A DNA stretch of 64,000 bases from an uncultured Planctomycetaceae bacterium. Its GTDB lineage: Bacteria; Planctomycetota; Planctomycetia; Planctomycetales; Planctomycetaceae. Below the pieces are notes generated by a model that had not been told where the DNA came from, did not search any database, and saw nothing but the letters and a program-made list of their open reading frames with translations. Shown in pieces: positions 28,777 to 38,370 of the stretch. The stretch spans positions 518 to 64,517 of the forward strand of contig CAIQIE010000263.1 in the NCBI GenBank assembly GCA_903871805.1, given 5' to 3'. Every line of letters starts with the position of its first letter. The stretch's first letter is position 1. Made by a program: the position numbers and the translations under genes.

Positions 28777-29871
28777 TCAACCGCAACCGCACTGACCTTG
28801 CGTCTCTGAACCGCAGGATTTCGCGTGCGGTATCTTCCAGAGTTCCAGCAGCTTTGAGGATTCATAATCTCCGGCAGTGATCTGGAATCCAAGGTCTGCA
28901 ATCATCCGGAAGTCCTCTTCCGCCTTTTGCCCCGGTGTCGTCAGGTAGTCGCTGACAAACATCGAGTTGGCCGGATAGAGCCCCATAGTCTGCATGGAAC
29001 GCAGATTGACTTCACGGCCACCCGCAATTCGCAACTCGGCTCGAGGATTCGTCATCCGGAACATCGCCAAAACTCTCAGGCAGTAACGCGGATTCAATTC
29101 GTGCTTCGACTGCAGAGGAGTTCCGTCGATCGCATGCAGGAAGTTGATTGGGATGGATTCGACGTTCAGTTCGGCCAGTTTGAGTGCAACATCCGCGACG
29201 TCTCCATTGACTTCTCCCATTCCCACAATCATCCCCGCACACAATTCAAGTCCCGCATCGCGGCAGATACTTAATGTCTGCAGACGGTCACGGAATGTAT
29301 GTGTGGTGCAGATTTCCGGATGGAATCGCTCACTGGTATTCAGATTGTGATTGACTCGGTCGACACCTGCCGCCTTCAGTTTTAATGCCTGCTCGGGCTC
29401 CAGCAGACCAAGACAACAGCAGATATGCAGCCCGTACTGTTCCTTGATCTGACGCACAACCCCTGCCACATGGTCCACCTCGCGATTGGTCGGACCGCGT
29501 CCACTGGCGACGATACAGTACGTCCTGGCATTGCTTTCTGCGGCCTTACGAGCCCCATCCATGAGTCGCTCTGCACTCAGCATCGCGTAACGCTCTATCG
29601 GAGCGTCGGAGATTTTTGACTGCGAGCAATAGTTGCAGTCTTCGGGACACAACCCGCTCTTCGCATTCTTTAAATAGTACAACTGCACTGTCTGGCCAAA
29701 ATACTGGCGGCGTATGCGGAAAGTCGCGTTCAGAATCGCCAGTAACTCGTCATCCGACGCTTCAAGAATGCGAATCGCGTCGGTTCGGGAAATTGTGCCG
29801 CCCTCCAGCACAAGATCCGCCATTTCCTCCCACGACAATGCACCGGTCTCTGCAGCAGTAATAACAGACAT
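28777..29871 (-). CDS. bioB: Biotin synthase (radical SAM) with Cys-rich C-terminal tail
   Basis: CPEDCNYCSQS (CxxxCxxC) plus typical BioB blocks (YCIVASGRGP, NHNLNTS, CAGMIVGMGE). There is an extra C-terminal ...HAKSCGSETQGQCGCG. Confidence 0.92.
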   Translation of the reverse strand: MSVITAAETGALSWEEMADLVLEGGTISRTDAIRILEASDDELLAILNATFRIRRQYFGQTVQLYYLKNAKSGLCPEDCNYCSQSKISDAPIERYAMLSAERLMDGARKAAESNARTYCIVASGRGPTNREVDHVAGVVRQIKEQYGLHICCCLGLLEPEQALKLKAAGVDRVNHNLNTSERFHPEICTTHTFRDRLQTLSICRDAGLELCAGMIVGMGEVNGDVADVALKLAELNVESIPINFLHAIDGTPLQSKHELNPRYCLRVLAMFRMTNPRAELRIAGGREVNLRSMQTMGLYPANSMFVSDYLTTPGQKAEEDFRMIADLGFQITAGDYESSKLLELWKIPHAKSCGSETQGQCGCG

Positions 29872-30183
29872 TCAATTGTACTCAAACTGGAAAAAGGAGT
29901 TCCTGGAAAGACTCTTCAGAAAGATTATGACACCCTGAAAACATTCCAAAATCGATGAATTTCAACCAACTCAGCGACCGGCATCGGCAGAGAACATCAC
30001 AATTATCCGCCTGCAAAATGCTGCCTGGCGACATAGTCTAACGAACTGCAATTCATGTTTCACCCCCTCCGCATAATCAGGACTTCCCGGTCCGAATTTT
30101 CCTCAAAATTCTGGTTTGTCTCTAGTTTGCGTCGTCATTCTCGCGTACGCGGGACCCCAGTGAATTGCGTCGGCCTCATTGCC

Positions 30184-30206
30184 CTTCAGGTGCATGGCAC
30201 CTGAAG
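30184..30206. terminator. Perfect 10-bp hairpin downstream of mnmA (possible terminator, no clear U-tract on the minus strand)
   Basis: CTTCAGGTGC-ATG-GCACCTGAAG. The T-rich tail (TCGTAAGTTGTTGTTGT) is present only on the plus strand. Confidence 0.3.
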
Positions 30207-30283
30207 TCGTAAGTTGTTGTTGTAAAATGGGTTGCGAACATGATTGTGCGGGAGCAGCGAGCGTGTTTTTGAGGCCCGAGGGT

Positions 30284-31399
30284 CTATTGTGGAGGCTGGA
30301 TCCAGCCTCCACCGAGTACGCGGGTGTCGTCGTAGAAAACGGCCGCCTGACCCGGGGCGACTCCGAAGATCGGGGAGTCCGGATAAATAGTGACTGATTC
30401 GTCTGGATTTCGGACGATGCGACAGGGCTCAGAATGTTGTCGATAGCGGACTTTTACGAGACAGCGGAGATCCGTTTGCGGTTTGTCGGCGAGCCAGTTG
30501 ACCTGAGTGACAGCGATCTTTTGCACGGCGAGGTCGTCTTTCAGACCAAGGACCACCTGGCGAGTTTCCGGTTCGATCCGAATAACAAAGCGGGGTTCAC
30601 CAAAAGCGATTCCAAGGCCTTTTCGCTGACCGATGGTGAAGTGTTCGTATCCGTCGTGTTTTCCAAGGACACGTCCTTTCATGTCCACAAAATCGCCGGC
30701 GGTGCTTTCGTGGTTTCGGTAACGTTTCAGAAATCCGGCGTAGTCCTGATCGGGAACAAAGCAGATTTCGTAGCTGTCTTTTTTGGTGGCGACGCGGAGG
30801 CCGGCATCGCGTGCCAGTTCCCGGATTTCCGGCTTCTCCCACGTTCCGATCGGCAGCAGAATGTTGGGGAGTAGTTCTTTTCGAATTCCGAACAGGACAT
30901 AGGACTGATCTTTGTTGTCATCATGGCCGCAATAAAGGCCCCAGTCGTTTTCAGCGGCATTGTGTTGAATGCGGGCGTAATGGCCCGTTGCGATGTAGTT
31001 GGCATCCACCTGCTGAGCAAACTCCCAGAGCTTTCCGAACTTCAGCCAGTTGTTGCACTGGACGCAGGGATTGGGAGTTCTGCCAGCGAGATATTCGTCA
31101 GCAAAATAGTCTTTTATGCGTCGAAATTCTTCCTGGAAGTTCAGAGAATGAAATGGGATGCCCAGTCGATCGGCGACGCGTCTGGCGTCGGCAGCATCCT
31201 CGGAACTGCAGCAACCCTGACGATGTGCAGGACCGGAAACAACCGGCAGCAAACCGGTTGTGGGAATGGCGCAGGCAGATTCGCTTTCGCCTGAGCGCAT
31301 GAACAGGCCGACAACGTCGTAGCCCTGCTGATGCAGCAGGACTGCTGCCGCCGAGCTGTCGACTCCACCGCTCATTGCAAGAACAACCCGTTCTGCCAT
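30284..31399 (-). CDS. mnmA: tRNA 2-thiouridine(34) synthase
   Basis: PP-loop VLAMSGGVDSSAAA, NPCVQCN, ATGHYAR and DQSYVL blocks. Confidence 0.93.
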   Translation of the reverse strand: MAERVVLAMSGGVDSSAAAVLLHQQGYDVVGLFMRSGESESACAIPTTGLLPVVSGPAHRQGCCSSEDAADARRVADRLGIPFHSLNFQEEFRRIKDYFADEYLAGRTPNPCVQCNNWLKFGKLWEFAQQVDANYIATGHYARIQHNAAENDWGLYCGHDDNKDQSYVLFGIRKELLPNILLPIGTWEKPEIRELARDAGLRVATKKDSYEICFVPDQDYAGFLKRYRNHESTAGDFVDMKGRVLGKHDGYEHFTIGQRKGLGIAFGEPRFVIRIEPETRQVVLGLKDDLAVQKIAVTQVNWLADKPQTDLRCLVKVRYRQHSEPCRIVRNPDESVTIYPDSPIFGVAPGQAAVFYDDTRVLGGGWIQPPQ

Positions 31400-31825
31400 G
31401 GTTGACCAATCTCTGAAGATCCGGTTTCTGAGAAATTACGAGGGCCAGGCAATGGTATGCATTGGTGATGCCCGGTCCGGCTGTTGTGAATCATACGAAA
31501 TGCAGACGGCCAGCCCGGCAGAAGATGCTGCCAAATTCGTAATTCCCTGACACGGCATCAGCGAGGGAGCTCGCTTTTCCCGAGTTGCCCGGGAGATTCT
31601 TCGATGGCCCGTGATTTCGGTAATTCTTTTGGCGGATTACCAACTGTCCAAGGATTTCCGGCATATGAGTCTCGTTTTTCCAAAACGGTGTCAGCAGCAT
31701 TCCCGCTTCCGAGTATTGATCGGGCGATCTATACTACGGCCTCTATTGTTTTCCGGCCGCTCTACCATCCGTCGCTGGGCTTTCGATTTCGGACAACGGC
31801 CTGAACTCACGGGAAACAGGACGCC

Positions 31826-32836
31826 ATGTCAGGCAAGAGGCCGAATCAGACACTGCGAATTGGATGGGTGGGATTCCATCAGGAAGGTATTCCGGCTCTG
31901 GCATGGCTGCGGCAGGCAGAAATCCGGCTGGAAGCCATTTTCACCCTGGACGAACCGTCTGTGGCAAAACGCAGCGCCAGAGGAAGTTACGAGGAGATTG
32001 TGGAGGGCTGGGATGTCCCGCTGCACAAGGTCGCCAGTATTAACGACCCATCAACCGTGCAGACTTTGAAAGGGCTCAATCTGGATCTGCTGTTTGTGAT
32101 TGGCTGGAGTCAGATTCTGCATGGCGAGGCGCTTGCCGCAGCCAGTATCGGGGTGATCGGTGCTCATGCGTCGCTGCTGCCGCATAATCGCGGAAGTGCT
32201 CCAATCAACTGGGCTGTCATCCGGAATGAAAATGTCACGGGAAACAGCCTGATCTGGCTGACGGAAGAAGTGGACGAAGGACGAATCATCGACCAGATCG
32301 CATTTCCGATCACGCCGTTTGATACCTGTGCCACGTTGTATGACAAGGTAGCCGACAGTAATCGAGTAATGATTGAGCGGGCCTTGCCAAAACTGCTCGC
32401 TGGAGAGATTCCCGGAACAGTGCAATCCGCGACCGATGAACCCATTCTGCCTCGACGTCGTCCCGCTGATGGCCTGATCAACTGGTCTGCTACGGGTGAA
32501 GGGATCTACAACTTTGTTCGGGCACTCACCAGACCATATCCGGGGGCCTTCAGTTTTCTGGATGGGGTTCGCTGGACTATTCAATCGAGTGCCCTGCTTC
32601 CTGGTGGTTTGACTGCGGCGAGATCAGACTTCAGTGCTGGCACGATTGTGGGGCCGTGCTTCAGTCCGATCAGTGATGCCTGCGGGATTGTCGTGCAGTG
32701 TGGTGAGGGGCAGATTCTGCTTCTGGAACTTGAACGTTCGGATGGGTATGTATTAAGGGGGCCGGAGTTGAGCCTTCGGGCGACGGATACCCCGGAGCAT
32801 TCCGGCTGGACAGGAAGGATTTGGTCGAATGAGTAA
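31826..32836 (+). CDS. Formyltransferase (Fmt/ArnA N-domain-like) with C-terminal Fmt-type beta-barrel domain
   Basis: Catalytic block GAHASLLPHNRGSAPINWAV and a downstream VDEGRIIDQ (Asp) block. The C-terminal domain has YNFVRALTRPYPGAF. Its genomic context (sugar genes) argues against a canonical Met-tRNA formyltransferase. Confidence 0.85.
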   Translation: MSGKRPNQTLRIGWVGFHQEGIPALAWLRQAEIRLEAIFTLDEPSVAKRSARGSYEEIVEGWDVPLHKVASINDPSTVQTLKGLNLDLLFVIGWSQILHGEALAAASIGVIGAHASLLPHNRGSAPINWAVIRNENVTGNSLIWLTEEVDEGRIIDQIAFPITPFDTCATLYDKVADSNRVMIERALPKLLAGEIPGTVQSATDEPILPRRRPADGLINWSATGEGIYNFVRALTRPYPGAFSFLDGVRWTIQSSALLPGGLTAARSDFSAGTIVGPCFSPISDACGIVVQCGEGQILLLELERSDGYVLRGPELSLRATDTPEHSGWTGRIWSNE

Positions 32837-33506
32837 TGTACCGGTTCTGGTTATCGCGGCTCATCCGGATGACGAGGTGCTTGGCTGTGGCGGGGCGATC
32901 GCCCTTCATCGCGATGCCGGTGATCCTGTGACGGTAGTCATTGCAACTCGCGGAAGGACGGCTGCAGACAGTTCCAGTGGTCAGGCGCAGTTCACATATA
33001 CGGCAGCGGCGATGAAGGTACTGGGTGTGAGCGACTTCCGATTTCTCGGGTTTCCTGACCAGAAGCTGGATACGTTTGGATTAACCGAAATTATCACTCC
33101 GCTGGAAGCCGTGGTCCGGGAGGTTCGCCCGAGGATAGTCTACTGCCAGTATGGTGGTGACATCAACCACGATCACAATGTCCTTTTCAGAGCGGCACTT
33201 GTAGCCCTGCGACCGCAGGAAGACTACCTGCAGTCAGTACTGACATTCGATACGGCCAGCAGTACAGAATGGGCATACCCACGCACATTTATTCCGGACA
33301 CATGGCTGGACATCAGTCGTGGTCTGGAACGCAAAATTGAAGCGATGACGTGCTACGAGCCGGAGTTGCGTGAGTTTCCTCATCCGCGTTCCTGTGAAGC
33401 CCTGCGACATCGTGCCGCGGCCTTCGGAAGCATGTGCTGTATGCCGGCTGCTGAAATTTTCATGACAGTGAGACGAGTACTTCGAAATGGTCAAACGCCT
33501 CTTTGA
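32829..33506 (+). CDS. PIG-L/LmbE-family N-deacetylase
   Basis: AHPDDEVLGCGG metal-binding motif and a downstream HxDH-type block (INHDHN). It overlaps the upstream gene by 8 nt. Confidence 0.85.
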   Translation: MSNVPVLVIAAHPDDEVLGCGGAIALHRDAGDPVTVVIATRGRTAADSSSGQAQFTYTAAAMKVLGVSDFRFLGFPDQKLDTFGLTEIITPLEAVVREVRPRIVYCQYGGDINHDHNVLFRAALVALRPQEDYLQSVLTFDTASSTEWAYPRTFIPDTWLDISRGLERKIEAMTCYEPELREFPHPRSCEALRHRAAAFGSMCCMPAAEIFMTVRRVLRNGQTPL

Positions 33507-34167
33507 TATACTGGCAGCTGCGACTGCTCTGATTCTGCTGGCACCACTGCTGGTCTGCTCGGCTATTGGCGTGCGACTCAGCAGTGCCGGCCCGGCGATA
33601 TATCCAGCTCGGCGGGTAGGACGCGGCGGCAGTGAGTTTGTGATGTACAAATTTCGCACGATGCATGTCGCTGCAAACCAGGGAAGCGTCATTACGGCGT
33701 CGTCAGATTCCCGTGTTTTTTCACTGGGCAGGATTCTTCGAGCTCTGAAGATTGACGAATTGCCGCAACTCTGGAATGTTGTCCGGGGAGACATGTCCAT
33801 TGTCGGCCCCAGACCAGAAGACCCCAAAATTGTGCAGCGGCACTTTGGCCGTCTGGGAATGGAAACGCTTAGCGTAGCGCCGGGACTGGCCAGCCCGGGC
33901 AGTCTTTACAATTACACTCACGGCCATCTGATGGTCGACAATCAAAATCCCGAAGCCGCGTACGTGCAGCAACTGCTCCCTGTCAAACTGGCCCTGGAAC
34001 TGGTCTATGTGCGGCACAGGTCGCTGCTTTATGACGTCCGGATTATCCTCCGCACGGCCTTGACAATTCTGCAGATTGCCGCTGGAAAGAAAAACTTTCC
34101 TGATCCTCCGGAAATGCTGTGTGCGAGCGGCATGCTGAAGGAAATGCCACAGTTGTTTGTCCGATGA
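33487..34167 (+). CDS. Small monotopic phosphoglycosyl transferase (bacterial sugar transferase, PglC/WbaP C-domain type)
   Basis: KRLFDILAAATALILLAPLLV re-entrant helix, YKFRTM, and DELPQLWNVVRGDMSIVGPRP. It overlaps the upstream gene by 20 nt. Confidence 0.9.
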   Translation: MVKRLFDILAAATALILLAPLLVCSAIGVRLSSAGPAIYPARRVGRGGSEFVMYKFRTMHVAANQGSVITASSDSRVFSLGRILRALKIDELPQLWNVVRGDMSIVGPRPEDPKIVQRHFGRLGMETLSVAPGLASPGSLYNYTHGHLMVDNQNPEAAYVQQLLPVKLALELVYVRHRSLLYDVRIILRTALTILQIAAGKKNFPDPPEMLCASGMLKEMPQLFVR

Positions 34168-34414
34168 TTTTACTGTACGGCCAGTCGTTGCTGAGCTGGT
34201 TTCACAGTTCCAGGATTTCTGAACCACTTCGACGAAAACAGGAAAGTTACAGCCCGAGATGCCCCGAGTTTTCCGGAATTCCGGGTTAGCGAATGATGTG
34301 ACTACGTAGTGACTGAGAGCCGCATCCTGAGTTTATCGTTGTCGATTGTTGCAAAACCCTGTCGCGCACAATTCTGATGCTCAACGGCTTTGCTTTACAG
34401 TTCTCCGACAGCCG

Positions 34415-35962
34415 TCATTCAGAAGCGGTTGTAGTCGGTTCAGATTCCGTCGAATTCACGAGGTCGGGTTCCAGCGCGCGGCCGGCAGCCCACTGACGCA
34501 GGGCCTGAAGAGCACGTCGGCCTCTGAGAAAATAGGTGTCATCCAGTTCCTGAACCGCCTGACGACAAACCTGCCTTGCCGATTGCTGCCAATCCGCAGC
34601 CTGACTTTGCACAAACCCCCGCTGCTCCATCCAGACAGCAATCTCCACAGCAATATCCTCATGCCCGCGAAAGGATGGATGTACGTGATCCACCAGGACC
34701 TGTTCCCCCACAATTCCGCCGTGGCAGCGTCGCCCCAGAAGCTCGTGTGCATTCAGGAACGGGATGTTGTGCGTGCCAGCCACATGCTGCATAGCCTGAC
34801 TCAGTGCCGACTTCATTCTCAGCGGACATACGTCCTCGTCCAGAGCTCGATTGAACGATGTCAGGGCATTCTTCAGATCCCCGATTGTCAGTTGAATCTG
34901 GCCCAGTTCATACCACCCCAGAGCATATCGCGGCTCCTGCCTGACAATCGACTGCATCAGCGTCAGGGCACTCACGGCATCGTCTTGCGCACGCTTGCGA
35001 GCTTCTCTGAGTGTCTGCAGGACCTCTGCCTGTTTTTGTGCCGATGTGTCCTCAGAAAACTGGGACTTGAATGGGGGGCAGTCACTGAGATTTACCGGAG
35101 GCTGAATCAGCAGCAGGGGCACATTTTTCTGACGGCACAGGGCAGTCATGCGTTCCAGATTGAACCGAAAGTGACGAACAACCGCGTCAGTGTGCTCATC
35201 GTTGCGATGGTACCTGTCGAGTCCCCCGGATTGATCCAGCAGCGTCTGAACGTCTTCATGAAGCAGCGGTCTGGATGACAGTTCGTGGTTCTCTGATAAG
35301 CCAGTGCTCGTGCAGCAATTGACAAATGCCCGAACGCTCTGCAAATGCCCGGCAATGGACAACAACGGCTCCAGCACCGGTGTCAGTCTGCGAGTTCCGG
35401 AGTACGTGACTTCCTCCAGAAATTCGTTCTGCCCTTCGCAGAAAATGTAGAGATCCGGTTCGTACTGAAAGCACTCTTCCATGACCGGCAGAAGCCGATA
35501 GCTGGCATAGGAAACACCGCCGCAGTTCACCACTTCCCATGATCGGTCAGGTGCCATGGTCTGCAGTGTTCTGCGAAGAAACTCCGCAAAACTCGTCTCC
35601 GTTGAGAATGGATTTCCCTGAACGGTCGAACCGCCAAAGACAAAGATCCGAAACTCATTCCCGGGCTTACGAGCTGCAAACGAGTCTTCCCTGAAGAACG
35701 CGCGTCGCTGGGGGGCTATGTGAAACGATGAACCATCCGGCGTGCGTTCAAACAGCGGACGCACGGCAGAAAAACCAACAAATGGGTCTGTGGAAAAATC
35801 CGGCTGCCCCCAACCAGCGCTGCGGCACAGGATTTCTGTCGCCGCCAGTGGAAGACACCCCAAAAGTAACGCCCCAAGACGAAACAAAATCCGACGCATC
35901 CATGGGCTGTCAGAGGAGAACCGGACAGTCTGCGGGACAGACCCTGAACGCTTCCGCCTCAT
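34415..35962 (-). CDS. SGNH/GDSL-type hydrolase domain protein with C-terminal TPR-like repeats
   Basis: 515 aa with an N-terminal TM/signal segment, IFVFGGSTVQG (block I Ser), VNCGGVSYASY, and a distal DHVHPS (block V). It has TPR-like helical repeats (ALGWYELGQIQLTIGDLKNALTSFNRAL). The start overlaps the thioredoxin stop (ATGA). Confidence 0.65.
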   Translation of the reverse strand: MRRKRSGSVPQTVRFSSDSPWMRRILFRLGALLLGCLPLAATEILCRSAGWGQPDFSTDPFVGFSAVRPLFERTPDGSSFHIAPQRRAFFREDSFAARKPGNEFRIFVFGGSTVQGNPFSTETSFAEFLRRTLQTMAPDRSWEVVNCGGVSYASYRLLPVMEECFQYEPDLYIFCEGQNEFLEEVTYSGTRRLTPVLEPLLSIAGHLQSVRAFVNCCTSTGLSENHELSSRPLLHEDVQTLLDQSGGLDRYHRNDEHTDAVVRHFRFNLERMTALCRQKNVPLLLIQPPVNLSDCPPFKSQFSEDTSAQKQAEVLQTLREARKRAQDDAVSALTLMQSIVRQEPRYALGWYELGQIQLTIGDLKNALTSFNRALDEDVCPLRMKSALSQAMQHVAGTHNIPFLNAHELLGRRCHGGIVGEQVLVDHVHPSFRGHEDIAVEIAVWMEQRGFVQSQAADWQQSARQVCRQAVQELDDTYFLRGRRALQALRQWAAGRALEPDLVNSTESEPTTTASE

Positions 35963-36423
35963 TCGTGCTTCTTCAAAATGGAATCAATTTCTGCCTTTGG
36001 TGCCAACCCGACAAAACCATCAATCTGCGTTCCTGAGCGGAAGATGCGAACATCCGGGATACTGTTGATTCCAAGGTAGCGAGAAATCGCCGGGTTCTGA
36101 TCCACATCCAGCTTAATGATTTCAATCTTATCGCCCCAGTCCTTCTTCAGATCTTCCAGAATCGGAGCCAGCTGACGACAGGGTCCACACCATGAGGCCC
36201 AGCTGTCGACAAGGACCAGTTTTGAATCGCTGCGACGCACCAGCTCAAGGAACTTCCCTTCCATGTGTCCGACAGTGCCGTCCTCCGCAACCGTCAGAAT
36301 CTCGACTGCACCGTCCGGTGACTGTTCCACGGAGCGACCATTCGAGGGGCCTTCACCGCAACCAATCAGCACTGGCATCAACGCAAACACAAGTACGCCA
36401 CACATTGTCATAGACGATTTCAT
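35959..36423 (-). CDS. Thioredoxin-family lipoprotein
   Basis: Lipobox-like LIGC near the N-terminus, WCGPC active site (SWASWCGPCRQLAP), and a thioredoxin fold length. Confidence 0.85.
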   Translation of the reverse strand: MKSSMTMCGVLVFALMPVLIGCGEGPSNGRSVEQSPDGAVEILTVAEDGTVGHMEGKFLELVRRSDSKLVLVDSWASWCGPCRQLAPILEDLKKDWGDKIEIIKLDVDQNPAISRYLGINSIPDVRIFRSGTQIDGFVGLAPKAEIDSILKKHE

Positions 36424-37729
36424 CTGTTCCTCGTTTCAGCTAATCCAGTTCAGCGAATCCTGTCTCTTCGGGGCAATTTCCGCAGCACCCAGATCCTGTC
36501 GCGTGCTCGTGCAGAACAATTTGCCGGCAAAAACACGCAAGGCAGGGGGTCTTCAGATATCATTAATCTTTCAACGAACTTGTCCGGTTACTGACCACGC
36601 ACGCTCACATTTTTGGGGGACGTTGATCCCGTGAGTCCTCTGAGCTTAACGGATGCTAAGTGACGAATTCCTTCCAGCAATGCCTCCATCAAACAACACA
36701 TGGAGCCTGCAGTTCAAAACCTTAGGCCAGCGTCTGTCAGTTCACATGGCTCACTTCAAACTTGAACTGTCTCAGAAAACCGCCAGAAAAACACCAGAAG
36801 ATTTCTCCTCAAACCTTACCGCTCATGGCGACTCCGAAAATCGCATAATACATCCCCTTTCCTGCGAAGCCAATTGCGAGAGTTCGGTGCGGGAAAATCG
36901 CTGGTGGTGCAAAGCCCCTTCAATCCTGTGTGCAAAAGCGTGAGAATCATTTTTGACCGGCTCCCGAGGGATACCGTTCTCCTGTTTTCCACGATTACTC
37001 AGCAGAATCTACCAGCGGCGACAAATCTATGGGCGGAATTCTCCGTTCCGATCCGCAGATATTCGGGCTGTCTGCCCCCGGAACGCTGCTTCTACGACAA
37101 ACCGCGGCAATCGGCAAAAAAGACAACATTGTCTTTTCTTTTTTCACCAATCCTGATTGACCATCGTCGTCCGAAAAATAACGTCGAATCTCGAGTTGCT
37201 ACAACCAACGTTTTCAGCGTTTTGTGCCGGGTAGTTCGCGGCTGACTCACCTCCGCCGGTCTCGTCTCCCAAAATAAAAAGACTTCCATGCCCACTATAA
37301 AAGCGAGTGATGGCTAGTTTTGTGGCAATGAGACCCGACAGAACGCTGACGATTCTTCGGAATCAGCCATTTTTTGACTGTAAATTCCCGGTTTTCCCCC
37401 GTAGATTTCGTAAACTCCTGCGTTGCCTCGGCTGAGTCTGTGGGCAGGGTGGCTCAAATTTTCGCAAAGTACGTTTGTTGTCGGCGAATTGCCGATAATA
37501 TTGATGGGGTGGATCTTTCGGCAAGGCTGCATCAGTTTCTTCTGATGCGTGGCCGATTGGCCTGCCCGCTGTGAAGATCGCCTGGTTTTCCGGGATTGGC
37601 TCTGGGTTTATCGTTTCTTAAACAAGGCCGTGGGTTCTGTTTTTAGACCCATGGCATCTCATTTGGATCTCGCTGCAAGTTCTGCGGCGGATCAGGACTT
37701 TCCTGTTCAGCATTTTTTGGAGAAGTGCA

Positions 37730-38062
37730 ATGTCAATCATTTTGACGGAAAAGGCTGCCAACGAAATTAAGCGAGTGATCTCAGAACAGAGTCGGCCTGA
37801 ACTGAAGTACGTTCGCGTGGGTGTGGTTGGTGGTGGTTGCAGCGGATTTCAGTATTCATTCGACTTCACAAACAACTACGATGCTGCCAACGACTTCATG
37901 GAAGAACACCATGGCGTTGGCGTGATCGTTGATAAGAAAAGTGATCTCTACCTGGACGGCACAGAGATCGACTTCTACACCGATCTGGCACGCCGGGGCT
38001 TTACGTTCAAAAACCCCAACGCTGTGAAGTCCTGCGGCTGTGGCAGCAGCTTTTCGGCCTAA
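37730..38062 (+). CDS. erpA: Iron-sulfur cluster insertion protein (HesB/IscA/ErpA family)
   Basis: 110 aa. Contains GGGCSGFQY and C-terminal KSCGCGSSF. Confidence 0.9.
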   Translation: MSIILTEKAANEIKRVISEQSRPELKYVRVGVVGGGCSGFQYSFDFTNNYDAANDFMEEHHGVGVIVDKKSDLYLDGTEIDFYTDLARRGFTFKNPNAVKSCGCGSSFSA

Positions 38063-38225
38063 CGTTAGTCCGGTTCCTGATGTCAGTCTGGTCGGATAAG
38101 TTGGCCAAACAGCCCAGGGCACAAAGTCAACAATTCCTGTTTGATAATCAAGCCTTTTTATAAACACTGGGCTCGATCGGCACGCTGAAAACAGCGTCTC
38201 CCTGAAAACAGAATCATCAATTTGC

Positions 38226-38268
38226 AGACAGGCCTGGAACCCACTGGGTTCCAGGCCTGTCTTGTTTT
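38226..38268 (+). terminator. Strong rho-independent terminator (erpA 3' end)
   Basis: 17-bp perfect stem AGACAGGCCTGGAACCC / GGGTTCCAGGCCTGTCT with a 3-nt loop, followed by TGTTTT. It lies about 165 nt after the erpA stop. Confidence 0.75.
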
Positions 38269-38370
38269 CCATGCGAGGGTTTCAGCAGAATATCTGCTGT
38301 CGTGTTGCGCCGCCGGATAACTTCTCGCTGGTGCTGGCGGAGCAATCACCGGGCATTGCCCGTTCAATCT

